NCBI RefSeq assembly: GCF_018977255.1
Contig: NW_024704917.1
Coordinates: forward strand, 1 to 64,000
Direction of reading: 5' to 3'
Length of the DNA: 64,000 bases
Origin: Callorhinchus milii
Taxonomy: Eukaryota
Within the stretch, counting starts at the first letter, position 1, and each line of letters starts with the position of its first letter. The translations under genes were made by a program, and so were the position numbers. A model generated the notes under the pieces. That model saw nothing but the letters and a program-made list of their open reading frames with translations. It did no database searches and had not been told where the DNA came from. Positions 25,101 through 37,937 of the stretch are shown here, one piece after another.

Positions 25101-28100
25101 CTCGCCGATATCCACAGGAGGAATACAAACCCCAGAGACGATACCGGCGACAAGTTGGAACAGACTCTCTTCTGGATGAAGAGTCACGTGTGCAGTCTAC
25201 GCTTCTAGAGTATGGCAGGTAATTAGTGAGTGAGCATATAGGTACATCATTAAATAAAGCAAGATTAAATGAATATAATTACTTCATAATAAAAATGTAT
25301 TGAGCGCACTAGATCATTAATATAAAATGTACAGGTAACACGTAATTAAAGCTGTAATTCAATAATTGTCATTTTAGTCATAATTGATTGTGCGTTTTCA
25401 TCCGAAACGCTTTTTTTCAGTGGTTACTTTAACCAGGCCCCACCCTTTGTCCGTTTTGCAGGAGGTATTGCTTTATTCAAAACAAGAATGAGAAGGTGAG
25501 TGTATTGTTTTTGTATGTCTGTAGTTGCCACTGTCTGAATTATATAATTAATATATACACTCTGACTGAAGACCAACACATACTAAACATTCACATATAC
25601 ATTTTTATAATTGTCAGTATTTATGACTTTTACAACTGCTGTTGCATATTTCCAAGGGAAGTATGAAATTTAAAATGCATTATGGTTAGGTCAAGCAATG
25701 CAAATGTGAATTAAGTGTAGTTATGAACAGCATGTGCCTTGTGTGCTTTAGGTGGATGACCGGAAAAAATCTGTGCCAGGTGCCGCAGCAGTAGGGAAAG
25801 CACAGACAACTGAGGAAGAGGAGCTGCAGGCTGCTGATGAGGTAAGTCCTATTTAGAGATTTAAATAATCCATCGGTATTTTAAAAAAAACATGAAGCTG
25901 TTACAATCATGTTTTATGCAGTTTGAGTGGCAGTTTATCAAATGGTAAATTTTGGTGATTGAAAAACATTTTCTGGCCAATTATTTGTGTTTTTTAGTGT
26001 GTACAATAATCATACATACTGAAAACCACTGAATATTGATTTGGTCAGCTTTGTTTTATTTTTGCAGATTCGCATCAAGACTCTGATGAGCAGCATGGCT
26101 GCCATGGCAACAGAGGAAGTATGTATTTCGAAATATTAAACTACATTCACATATAAATATATATTGCAATATATTAACTTTAAGCACATTTGCCTACTTG
26201 GTACCCTTATTTCACTTGCTATGCTTATTATTTTAGTATTGTGAAATGACCATTACGTTGTATTTTTTGTTTCAGGGGCGTTTAACAGCCAGCACAGTTG
26301 GTCAAATTGTTGGTCTTCAGTCAGAGGAGATCAAACAGATTGCTTCAGAATATGCAGAAAAGGTATTTATTTTGGACTTTAATTTTCATATCAAAACATG
26401 ATTTGAAAAAAAAACAAATTGACAGTTCTGATTTCTTTTAAGGGTTCAAATATTTCCATTTACATGATTTCATTTTAATGATATCTTTACCATACATTGT
26501 CAAAATTACACCTGAATTACTACACTTAATTTGAGACAATTTAGTTGTAAAATATCAACATGTATCACAAAGCAATTGCTGTATTAAGCTACTTTCAAAC
26601 TTTTTCCCGATCACATTTTTTAAGTTGGTTCTATTAAATTGCAGGAATTCGTAGTTTTTTTACCTTAAGTATAAGCTACTTTTCATAGTTGAAACCATCG
26701 TATAAACATGCAAGACTTGATTCTACTATACGTTCTGTGAGCTATGGCTTAATTTCATTATCGTGGTTATAACATTTTTACATCTTCCTTGGAATACTGA
26801 TTAACACTCTGAATTCTCTTTTCAGCAATCAGAGCTGGCAGGCGAAGAGAAGACAGAGAGGCTTGGTCCAGTACAGCAGCACAAACGCTTGGTTGTTTCG
26901 CTTGGCAAGCAGATTTCTCAGAAGGAACTCCAGCTGGAGGAGGTAACACTTGTTTAGCTACACATGCAGACTATTTTTATCTTTCCGCAAAACCTCTTTT
27001 TCAAAATTGGGGCTGGGGCATGAAAAATACTTAAAAAGTTATATTTTATGACTAAATCATTGTATAAAAAGAGCTCTAAGGAAATTGTATATACATATGT
27101 ATGTTGACGATAGTGTTGTTTTCTTCTGTATTCCCACTTGAAAATTCTAATCAGCTCGCATGTGTGTTACAGATAAAGGCCAAGCATACTGAGTTGAAAG
27201 TTGCCTTTGAAGCTGCGAAAGAGAAGCTTATGGAGGTACGCGTGCAATTGAAGCTCACCATTTTTAGACATGTTCAAGTTCACTATGTTATTGTATTGTA
27301 TTACAGCACGTGTAACCTTAGCTTTAGACAATTGTAAAAAATGTCTCCATTCCCATGATTTATAATTACTCAGACTCATAATGGCATGTTATTGCATGGT
27401 AATACTTTTTTTTAACATAGCAATACAGGTGTGTTCATGTGAAGGATGTTGCACAGATTTAAGTGTGTGTTTTCCAGGTCGAGAAGCAGGGAGATAGTCT
27501 CAGGAAGGAGATGGGACAGTTGGATTCCATGGAGAGCCAGGCTGATTCAGCGTAAGAAAGCCTACCAAATACATGTGTACATTATCCATGTATAGTTGTA
27601 CTAAATACATGTGTACATGATTCATATCTAGTTGTATTAAAATGAGACTAGACTTTACTTTGCTACCCTGCACATTATTCTCCCAGCATGGATTAATGTG
27701 TGCCTTTTCTACCATCATTTTTAAAAGCATAAACATATGCTTAAATATACGCAAATAAATGTGATTCATAACATTCACTTTTGCGAATGTCTTATTGATT
27801 GTACCATTCAGAATCATGTAAGAGTTTGTTAAATATTTTTGAGCTTCCATAGTTACTGTGTATGTATTTTGCAATAATAGTTTTGCATTTTTTTTTCAAT
27901 AAGAACTTGATACTCTTTGGGTCTTTCAGAAGAAGGGAGAGATTCTCAGGAAGGAGACTTTACCGAAAGACCCAAAGAGTATGAATTCCTGCAGTCATGA
28001 AAGCTTTAAGTCAAGATTTAAGAACTTGATCATTTATATGATGACATTCTGTAGAACTCACTGTTTGAACATATATATATATGCATTGTGGATGCATCTA

Positions 28101-31100
28101 ATTTCCCTTTGACTGTTTATATTGTCTCATACAATATATATTAAGAACATCTTGCATCTTGCACTTAAATAAACCATTCTAAATAAAAAATATATATTTT
28201 CATGAAGCACATTTCTCCTTATGGAAATTAAAGGATGTCTCAAGTTAAACAGTCCCATTTTGGCATAATTCACTCAGACATTGAGGGACGGCACCATTGT
28301 GTTGTAATATTACATTGTTAGGAACTATAGGAAATTAATTTCTGTTGATGTATTAATACTAATTCCACAATTGCTCCAGTGTCTTGCAGAAGCTGAGAGC
28401 CCTGGTGGCTATGAATGAAAGCCTCAAGAGTCAAGAGCACGAGTTCCGTGCTCACTGCAAGGTGACATGTAATTCTCTCTTCATTGTATTGTTTTGCATG
28501 ATTCACATTTACTACGTGTTTGTAAATAACATTGAATGTATGTTTTTTATAGGAAGAATTGACACGTCTACAGAGCAGCATTGAAGAGTTAAAGCTTCAG
28601 ACCAACAATACGACTGGAGAAGAGGCTGTAAGGAGATATCCGCATTTGCATAAATTGGCCTCATAAAAAAAAGAAGATACTTTATAAACTGCTGAGCCTG
28701 TGCTTTGCATTTAGAAAAATGGAATTTAATCACTTTCAGTTATTTAAATCGATGATAATGTTTTATTTAAATACCATGAACACTAATGCAAAAGCATAGA
28801 AAGTACATAAGTGATTTAAATATTTTAATTTATAATTTATGTATTGTTCAATATATAATTTATAGTGTTCATTTAAATATAACTTTACATTGAATCACAT
28901 TACTTATACATAGATGCATAGCAAATTGAGTACAGATATTCTGAAACCATACGTGTATGCCAATCCAATCATATTAGTACTTTATAATTAAACAATAACT
29001 GTTTTTTTAGGAACAAGACCAGTTGATTGAAAAGCAATACCGCACGGATATCGACAAACTGCAGAAGATACGCATGCTCTTGGCAAGTAACACAAACTGT
29101 TGAAACAAAGCACAAATGGATAAAATTGCACTCGCTAAACACAACAATGGTTTACTCGTAGAATGCATCGTGATTATACAAAACATATAATTTCTTCTGC
29201 TTGATTTTGGTGTGTTTTTTTTGTTAGGGGAGGAGAAACCGAGAGATTGCCATCTTGCAGCGCAAGATTGATGAAGTCCCCAGCCGGGCTGAGCTGACTC
29301 AGTACCAGCGTCGCTTTGTCGAGCTCTACAGCCAGGGTAGGAAGAAATAATCGTCATGAAATATAATAACAAACAGAACAGAAGCATTTGCAGGCACCTA
29401 CAAAACAATACGTACTTCACCCTCCTGTGTTAAAGATTGTGAAGCATTAACCACATTAGGTTTGACTGAAGATACCTGAACTCTCAACCAATTTTGCGAT
29501 AAAACATCGGCGACACTTGCACGAAACGGCGATGATAACTTGCCTCTTTTTGGAATGTTTTTTATTTTAACAATTTCCAGTGTAGTTTTATGCAAACGTG
29601 TATGCATTGGTGCTGAAGAAGAGCATTCACGTGAGCTTCATTATTTTATAACATTTACCGAAGTGTTAATAATATCCCGTGCTGTATTGTGGTCTGGAGT
29701 ATATGAAATCCACATTTTCTCCGATGTGTAGTGGCTGCCACCCATAAAGAGACAAAGCAATTTTATACTTTGTACAACACGCTGGATGACAAGAAGCTGT
29801 ATCTGGAAAAAGAGGTATGCTATGTTATTTTGAAAAAAAGTGTATCAACTATAAGTAATACCTTTGATCGGGTTTATTCAGAATATTAGTTTGTGCATGG
29901 AAATGTGAGTAATTACAACAAGGTTATTTTTCCAGTACTGAATTAAAAGGAATCAACACTTTTTTGTTTGTATAGTTTAACATAATTGGCACAGTTGGCA
30001 TCCACTTTTTTACTGGAAGGACCTTTCCAACTAAATGTGTTGATGGTATTGATTATTGTAACAAAAATATTGTGTAATGTGCCTCACTTGTTTATTGCAG
30101 ATAATCATTAATGTATGTTGCACTTATTTCGCACCGTACGTAGCCAACCGTGCTAATCAAAGGTGTGAGGGAAGGACAAAAACTAAACCCAAAAAGCCAA
30201 ATTATTAATAAGATGGAAAATGTACAGGAGTATTTAATTGTTTTATATTTAATTGAGTTGCCTATTCGTAAAATGAACATAACACATTTTACTGTCTCTT
30301 AGGTTAATTTGCTGAATTCCATCCATGACAACTTCCAGCAGTAAGTATGTTTAGGTGATTGGTTATACCATGTATTGTTAAAAAATATATAACTTTAATA
30401 ATGACACTTATTTTCTAATACTGCATCCACAACCCTCATGTGCAAAACATATTAACCACATTTGGCTCTACTTAATATAACTGACAGATCAATCGATGTC
30501 TTGAGAGAACATCAGCTTTACTTTAGCCAGGACAAAACACTGATGATAATACTTGAAAACTATGTAATTAGACTTATCTTGCATCAGGATTGGAGCCAAG
30601 AGAATAGTGTTCAATCTATGTCAGGTTTCAGCTGGTAGAGAAACAATGTCGCTAAGTCATTTGGAATAGCTGGACAGTTGGTGTCGTCATTTTTATCTCA
30701 ATTGTAAGAAAGCTCCCTGTGCATTGTGATTTCCAAAGGGCCATGGCTTCACAAGGTGGCAGAGAGCAGTTTCTGAAACAGCTGGAGCAGATTGTGGAGG
30801 GGATCAAGCAAAGCCGTGTAAAGGTTAGCGAGTGAAAATGTTCTTTGGAAGAAAAATCCCTGTAATTTTCCGCTGGATAAGCTTCATTGCTTTTTCACAT
30901 GTGCAAGGTATCATTAAAATAGTTACTTCCTTGCATATATTTTTATTGCATATTTTCTGCATACATCCTCATGTATTTGTAATTCATTGTGATTGATGTG
31001 GTTTTATATAAAATTGTACAAATATCTGCAATTATGAATATAATTGCAGATATTCCCTGTGTGCAAGGGTAGGTATTATATGCCGATAAGAGGATTTCCC

Positions 31101-31866
31101 TTTGGCAATGCTTACAAAATATAAGTGGACATATAGGTCACAAGATGGTATACTTTTTTTTATTGCTACACTGATTTAATTGCACATTTATATATAAGTG
31201 TCTGTTGGTTATACTCGTGTACCTTTATGTAAACTTCAAATGGTCCATGTCATTGACCTGCAGGTGGAAAAGAAACGTCAGGAGAATAAGATGAGAAGGG
31301 ACCAACTTAATGATGAACATCTTGATCTCCTGGACAAACAACGCCTTTATTTCAAAACCGTGAAGGACTTCAAAGAGGTTAGATTCATTTTTATATTTAT
31401 TGGGAGTACTTCTTAATAGTCATTTATAATCCCAGGCAAATGGAGTTTCAAACATCTTATTTAGAAAGCTTACATGTAAAAAAAATCAAATAACAGTACT
31501 TTGTTAGTAATTACTTTTAAACATTTGGAAGCATACTTTCAGAAAGGTTAATTGTGTGAAATGTTGCGTTGAGTCATGATGCTTATAATAAATCCCAATG
31601 AATAAAAAATTACATTATAACACGATTAAATGTTTCCACATGAAATGTATTTACTCCTCACAACTGCTCAGAATACTTTTAGTGCACGTGACGAAGACAA
31701 CTTGACAATGGCTTTTTGGGTCATTGCAGTTACATTGCTTGATCTAGATATTGAGATGAAAGTGGCTGAGTTGCATACTCTAATATGTGTATTGGCCTGT
31801 ATCTTTGCAGGAGTGTCGCAAAATGAAATTCTTCTGTCCAAGCTCAGGGCAAAGAATATGGCCTAA
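22133..31866 (+). CDS. CCDC93: Coiled-coil domain-containing protein 93 (CCC/Commander complex subunit), 23 coding exons, about 635 aa
   Basis: Exons: 22133-22231, 23647-23760 (VETREDEEQ...[16 protein letters not shown]), 24124-24218, 24451-24562, 24733-24831, 24927-24983, 25118-25218, 25462-25495, 25752-25841, 26068-26118, 26276-26362, 26826-26942, 27173-27235, 27478-27551, 28380-28461, 28553-28627, 29011-29082, 29228-29336 ([16 protein letters not shown]), 29732-29814, 30303-30340, 30739-30823, 31264-31377, 31811-31866 (1 A short). Phases join into a reading frame colinear with vertebrate CCDC93. Exon 1 ([17 protein letters not shown]...[10 protein letters not shown]) is less certain. Confidence 0.95.
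22557..22700 (+). repeat. G-rich minisatellite, 9 copies of about 16 bp (GGCACTTAGGGGGGCA-like)
   Basis: Directly visible tandem units in CCDC93 intron 1. Confidence 0.9.
22904..22990 (+). mobile_element. Short Penelope-like fold-back remnant
   Basis: Inverted tail followed by the tail gcagtcacgaaagcttcaaat. Imperfect TSD atggttctaat/atggttataat. Confidence 0.65.
27912..28018 (+). mobile_element. Penelope-like fold-back remnant containing a captured CCDC93 exon-14 fragment
   Basis: Arms actctttgggtctttc / gaaagacccaaagagt. 12-bp TSD taagaacttgat (27900-27911 and 28019-28030). The loop 27928-27957 matches 27482-27511 at 27/30 nt. Confidence 0.8.
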
Positions 31867-32026
31867 GGAACAAGAAGGGTGGAAACACCAATTGTCTGCA
31901 CAAATTGCAACTGGTTTCACTTCGAATCACATCTGTCTTAAAAACAAATGTGTGATTCTGTCGTTCAGCTGTCATCCACAATCTGGATGTATCTGTGTTT
32001 GTCCAGAGAAGTCCTTGACCAATTTT

Positions 32027-32343
32027 AATAAACGGTGTCATTTAAAATGTGATGCACACATGGTAAAAATTCCCAAAATATGTTTAACCCAATTATTTAA
32101 CTCGGCATGCCCCACTCTTTTACAATAGTCTCAACAATAAATCTGTGGTTGAAAATCAGGGCTGGAGGGAAGTTTAATGTCAACGGGTTTCCTGCTGGTG
32201 AATTTATATTTAAATGTTTATAATTTTGGCACGATATGATTTCATGGCTTTTGTTACAGCTTACTACCTTGCACAAAAACATCAACCAACTGAAATTTGT
32301 GTGCTGTGAAGGTTAACGTGAAATTCTTTCATTTTGCAATAAA
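32027..32343 (+). other. Candidate CCDC93 polyadenylation signals
   Basis: AATAAA at 32027, 32136 and 32338, downstream of the stop codon. Which one is used cannot be determined from sequence. Confidence 0.35.
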
Positions 32344-34771
32344 ATATCTCAAAGTATCCGTTTGTTGCTGAACAAGTATGGTTTTCACTCAGATTAATTA
32401 TGAGCTTAAATTAACATCATGTTAATATTGCATACAAGGAATTCTGCAATATTTCACTCGATTTTAATTTGTTATATTGGTGTATTTTGATTAAAATTGA
32501 TCAATTTTATGAGTTTTTACAGGCCTATAATGCAGGTCTGTCAAAACTCTAAATCGTGAGTCATCGTTGGGCCCACTTAAACCAAGCCTCCAGCATCTTT
32601 GAATTCACCTAAGCAAAACATCTTTAGTTCGCAGTTTACCACCCCCAGTTCGAGACTTATAACCTGCGGCACCACTGATCTGGAATCTCGGGAACCGGCA
32701 AATTCAAATTCTGCCAGGAATCTATAGCACACCACATCGGTGGTGTCCTTGGATTATATTTTATCATGTTGCGATTTCAGAATTTTTCTGCTCATGGCAA
32801 AGAGGCTACTTGCATCTTTGGTGCAATGCAAATGTTTTGCCAAAAAAAACTCGTGGGTTTTCCAGCAGCAAATACTAGATGCATTTGTCTGATCTGAGTA
32901 TCAAATTAAATATTTTTTACTTTGATCGCAAGTATAAAATGTCAAACATCCTTTAATTTAGATGCATAGTGCATATTTGCTACTTTTGGGTCTTGAAGAC
33001 AATTTGAACCTCAATCTGCGATTTTTTTGCTGAATAATGAAGCCGCTCTCCATGTTTATGCACTTCCCCTGCAATACACTGTTTTCACGGATTCACGGAG
33101 TTGGTCAATTCTTGTGACGAACGGCACCACGTGACATTTGTGTTCACGGATTACGGAACTAACCTCCCCGGTGCTGTTCACATTAGAGGTTCTGTGCTCC
33201 ATAGTTCATCCCCATGTCAACGTGGATGGCGAGTTCGGCTCTATAAAGACTTACCTTTAGGTGATATGAAGTGACTATCTCGCTCCGAACGTGACGTTTG
33301 TAGTAAATGCAGTGGGGGTCAGGGTATTTGGGGTAAAGGTTTTGCATCGGTTGAGTACACATTTGTATCTCTTTGTATTTTTTTGTTCATTTATTTACTG
33401 TAATCGTAATACATTTACCTATCCCGCATACAGTACATGTCATCTGCAAGCATTCTTATATTGAAAAAAAACATAAATCTTCCATTGAATAAATGGTATG
33501 GTACATCTATTTCCTCCTGTAGGTATATATTTTCATTTTGAATAAATCTCACCATAATTAAGCACGGTAACATTTGCTATTCGAAGACGGTTTCCACCTA
33601 TCCGGGTTTGTCCCGGGTAATCTGGGGATTGGTATCTGTGTTCAGGTGACGGATTCATTTGTACCGAGATCCGGTGTTATTGATAATTATAAAATATTAC
33701 CGCGCAATTTTAATTAACCTAGGCTGAGAAATGTGTCCGTGTTTGGTTTATTTAAAAGGTGTTAACCCTGGTTCTTCATATCGCTTCTGAATATATATCA
33801 CCTATTTTTGTCTGCGTAGTTCTGCTATCCCCTGAATACGTATTCTCTACAATATTACTTTTCCTATCATTTTATGAATGCATTGCATCAACTATCATCT
33901 ATCTCTTCCGGACACATCACATACACCTCTTATGAATGCATCTGTTTATCCTCATGAACATAACTGTGAATGCATCGCTGCCATTATCTCCATCCTTTAT
34001 GAATGCATCTCTCGCCTTTTGATTTTTTTTTATTGCTCTAACTTCATTGCATAATTTTGCATCTTTATATACTGTTTGTGCATGTGTTGCCATGTCTCGT
34101 GTTGATAGCAATTAAACATAGCATTCACAGACGAATATAGATTACACGAGGTAAGTGTTGGTTTTAATTGCTGTAATGAGTGGATCAGTACGCTGGTCAT
34201 ACTAAAGGCACCACACCCAACTTCTGTACAATAATGAATGAGGGCTGCTGGCGAGTTAACATGGAAGTCACATTGACTCTTGCACCTGGCATGACTTTCG
34301 TTCGCATAGATTCACATTAAACCAAAGCGCAGCATTGTGTGGTGTACAATTGACAATTGACAAATCATGGCATGTTGATTGTTTGCAAAAGCGGGAGATC
34401 ATGGCCACTCAAAGCATTGTGAAAATATCACAATATGTTGCATGCATGATCTTCCCTCGCGTGTGGAGGGATGCCAGTGCCCAAGATTGTTTTCAAACAA
34501 CACAGTATGGCGACAGTAGCATCAGTCAAGAGCAATTAAATGTACATTCTAACGGATAGCCCTTACCTGATTTTGACACCGTAGATCTCCTGCACAACTA
34601 AGCTATAAACTAAACTATGTTTTAAATTAAACTTTTATTTCTTTTAGAGGTAAGGCGCACTGAGCTGCATCGCTCTTTTTCAGAAGCGACCTGGTCACAT
34701 GATAGCCCAATGAAGTGGCTTATCACGTGGAAATGTATCGCAGCTAAATAGTCTAAACGCATATTTATAAT

Positions 34772-34898
34772 TGTGGAGGGGAAACCGGAGGACCCGGAGA
34801 AAAATACACGACCACGGGGAGATAGACTTGCAAACTCCAAATAGACAGACGTCAGTCGGGATCGAACCGACGAGGGAGTTAACATCTCGCCACCGCGA
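34772..34898 (-). mobile_element. tRNA-derived SINE
   Basis: Minus strand has A-box-like tggcgagatgtt, B box ggttcgatccc and body ctccgggtcctccggtttcc. A related copy is at 46477-46626. Confidence 0.7.
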
Positions 34899-36260
34899 GA
34901 AATAAAGCTGTCTCTGATGTGGGCCAATCAGTTTCAAAGACAATGCATATACTATCAGAGTATGTTTTTTTTTTGCATTCTGACCACAAGTATATGTAGT
35001 TAATGCAAACATGATTTCTTGTAAAAGGTTTCAGTTTGGTGTTTTTAATATCTTAACACCTGTTTTGTTGGCAGAAAAAAATTAACCCGTAAAAACAAAG
35101 TTTTTCACTATAAATCCTTTATATGCGTGGCATTGGTTTTATTTTATTATTAATTTCTGTTTTTCTTGAGTAAGAGTTTCATTTTTATCACATTGGTATT
35201 TTAAATAAAATATGAAAAAAAAATGTTCCTAAAAAGTGTAAAATTTTGGAAAAAAATTTCACGAAAATAAATTGTCACGCACAACGAGTGTGTGCAAAAT
35301 GTCAGCTCGATTGGATCACGGGAAGTGGGTTAACAAACGACCGAAAGATTTGCACGGTCGTAAGCGCGCAAGAAAGCAAGCAAGTGAACTTAATATAAAG
35401 GATTTAAAAAGGGGGAAACCTATTAAGCTGTCCCATGTTACACTTGCTAGTGAATTGCTGACGAATTTCGTTTATTGATATTCCAATGAAAATTATATTT
35501 TTACCACAGTATATTCAATTTAACGTATGTCTTTCATTAAATTCTTTATTAATTTCCACGAAAACAAGATAATGATATATCTAAGAGTAGCCTGTTATAT
35601 GTGCAGCGACATTGCTGTTACATTCAGCATGTGATCGATGTGGATGAGTTGTCTCCTTTGGACGCATCTTGGCTCCAACACATTCTGGCACAAATACCTC
35701 CACACCTGCTCTCCCTTGGGCTGTCTGTGGAGGCACCAGTGAGGTCGTCGACGACCATGTGTTCAGTGTCTAGAATTTCATTGGTAAAGTCCCTCTTGTG
35801 TGTGCATCAGTGATGGATGAAGGGGCCACTTCAGGGATTGTCTGCAGACAGAGTAGAGCAAGATGTGGCGAACGTCTGGCGTGTGTTACATAATCTGGAA
35901 AAAGCTTCCATCACTCATCTGAAGCCCATCACATTACCGTGTCAATGACAGCCATGGTGCATGGCATTAGACGTGGGACTGCATCATTCCGCTCTAATAT
36001 TTTCTTTGGATGCCCCTTATAAGACCCATCATTGTGACTTGTCAAAAAAAAAACTAAATTAACATCATTCCACGAACACAAGGCTATGTTTAGTTACAAT
36101 GTCCGAAGTGGTAACTTATATATTTAAAAAGGGATAATTTTTATCCTGCGATTATAATTTGCTATCTATTTATCTCGCTTATCTGTTATTGTTTATTATT
36201 GATTTATTTTTTTTACTGTGATTTGCGCGTATGACGGAGAAGCGGTGTTGTTGTTTTTTA

Positions 36261-36678
36261 GTAATAGGTTTTTACCCCTTCAACTGGTACAAAAACTGAC
36301 ACCTTTATAAAGGGGTCATGTTTGCAATAACCACAACGCAAGCAGTCAAAATGCAAACAAAAGGAAACAACTCTGATAATGATATGCAAATTATGCACTG
36401 TCCTTGAAGTTGATTGGTCCACACCCGAGACAGCTTTTCTTAGAGCCTAGTCTCCATTGGTGTTGGACCAGATGACGCCAAAAGGTCTTTTGGAGACTAG
36501 GCTCTAAGAAAAGCTGTATCGGGTGTGGACCAATCAACTTCAAGGACAGCGCATATCATTATCAGAGTTGTTTCCTTTTGTTTGCATTTTGACTGCTTGT
36601 GTTGTGGTTATTGCAAACATGACCCCTTGTATAAAGGTGTCAGTTTTTGTACCAGTTGAAAGGGTAAAAACCTATTAC
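36261..36678. mobile_element. Fold-back MITE with arms of about 190 bp and a TA TSD
   Basis: gtaataggtttttaccc...gggtaaaaacctattac; near-perfect palindrome around a loop of about 34 bp. An older related fragment lies at ~34905-35000. Confidence 0.85.
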
Positions 36679-37733
36679 TATATTTTGCCACTGGTAAAGG
36701 AGGTCTCGTTGTTTTTTGTTGATGAAACCCTTTTTAAGAACTTCTTGGCTTACAGGATAATTCCAAATAAACTACTACTACACGTAACAACGTCGGGATA
36801 CAATATGTAAACCCGAGGCCTTCTTGTTCATTCTTAACTTTACTCCAATATCAATATCGCCTAAAGCATAACCATACATTTTGAATATTTGAAGTTATTA
36901 ATAAAACACATTTGTTTATCTGCATCCTTAAGAATACATAAAGAAACGGTGTCTAGAAATCTTTGAAAACAGCGATTAGTGCACAATAACACAAATTTAA
37001 TTAAGGTTTATTCTTGAAAGCCTAATGGAATACATTGACCATGTATATTGTCTATATGCACGTATGTTTGTAACTTATTGAGTAGCTGCCTCTATTTCAG
37101 GTGGTGTACAATCCTGGGCTGAGACCCCATAACTGCAAAACCATGTCAAACATCACAAGCACGCCACTCATACCTTACCACAGCATAAGCCTGACCAATT
37201 GTGGGGGCATAAACTAAGGCCCCACCTGGGTGCCATGAGTGCCATGGGTGAGCTGGCCAGCAAAAAGTACGCCATGGAGATGGCTCTGGATAAGATGATG
37301 GTCGAGTGGAGTTGCTTCGAGTTTGTGATGCTGCATACTGAGAGACGGGCACGCACATCCTATCATCGATTAACAAGATCCAGGCCACACTGCGTCTGCT
37401 GCAGGAGGTGCTGGATGCGTGGCTTAAGGTGCAGGCCACATGGCTTAATTTGTAACCCAACTTCAGCTCACCTGACATCATGGCCCAGATGCCAAATGTC
37501 AGAGGAGAGCAAGAGATGCATCACCGTGGGTGGCACATGGCGCGACACCATGACACTAGCAGTGCAGGTGATACTTTGCAATGTGATGGAAACAAATCTG
37601 TTAATAAGACGGTTTCTGAAAAACGTATTTCAACATAGCTCATGTAAGCACGCGAGTCATACGTGTTGCATTTTACTCATGGCAGATGAGTAGGTGGTTG
37701 CAAAATGATAAATGTCAAAGTATATAGATAATA

Positions 37734-37937
37734 CTCTTTGTGTTTTCGGTAAAGTCACGTAGGTTAAAATAATTACGATACAGTAATTTTGCTGTGACGG
37801 TTCCACCTGAAGACGGAAGCTTGTGTTGCCTCCGAAACGTCGTGATTTAATTTATTTGTTTTCTTTTAACCTACGTGACTTTACCGAAAAAACAAAAGAG
37901 TATGGATTCTTGCAGTCACGAAAACTTAAAATCTAGA
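37734..37937 (+). mobile_element. Penelope-like fold-back remnant with an intact minimal hammerhead
   Basis: cac-CTGAAGA-cggaagc-ttgtgtt-gcctcc-GAAACGTC-gtg (37807-37841). Inverted tail copy at the 5' end. Confidence 0.8.

Noticed and set aside
34772-34898. tRNA gene (also 46477-46626, 11910-11979, ~54935-54990)
   Set aside because: Only A/B-box-like motifs are present, with no complete cloverleaf; consistent with SINE heads.
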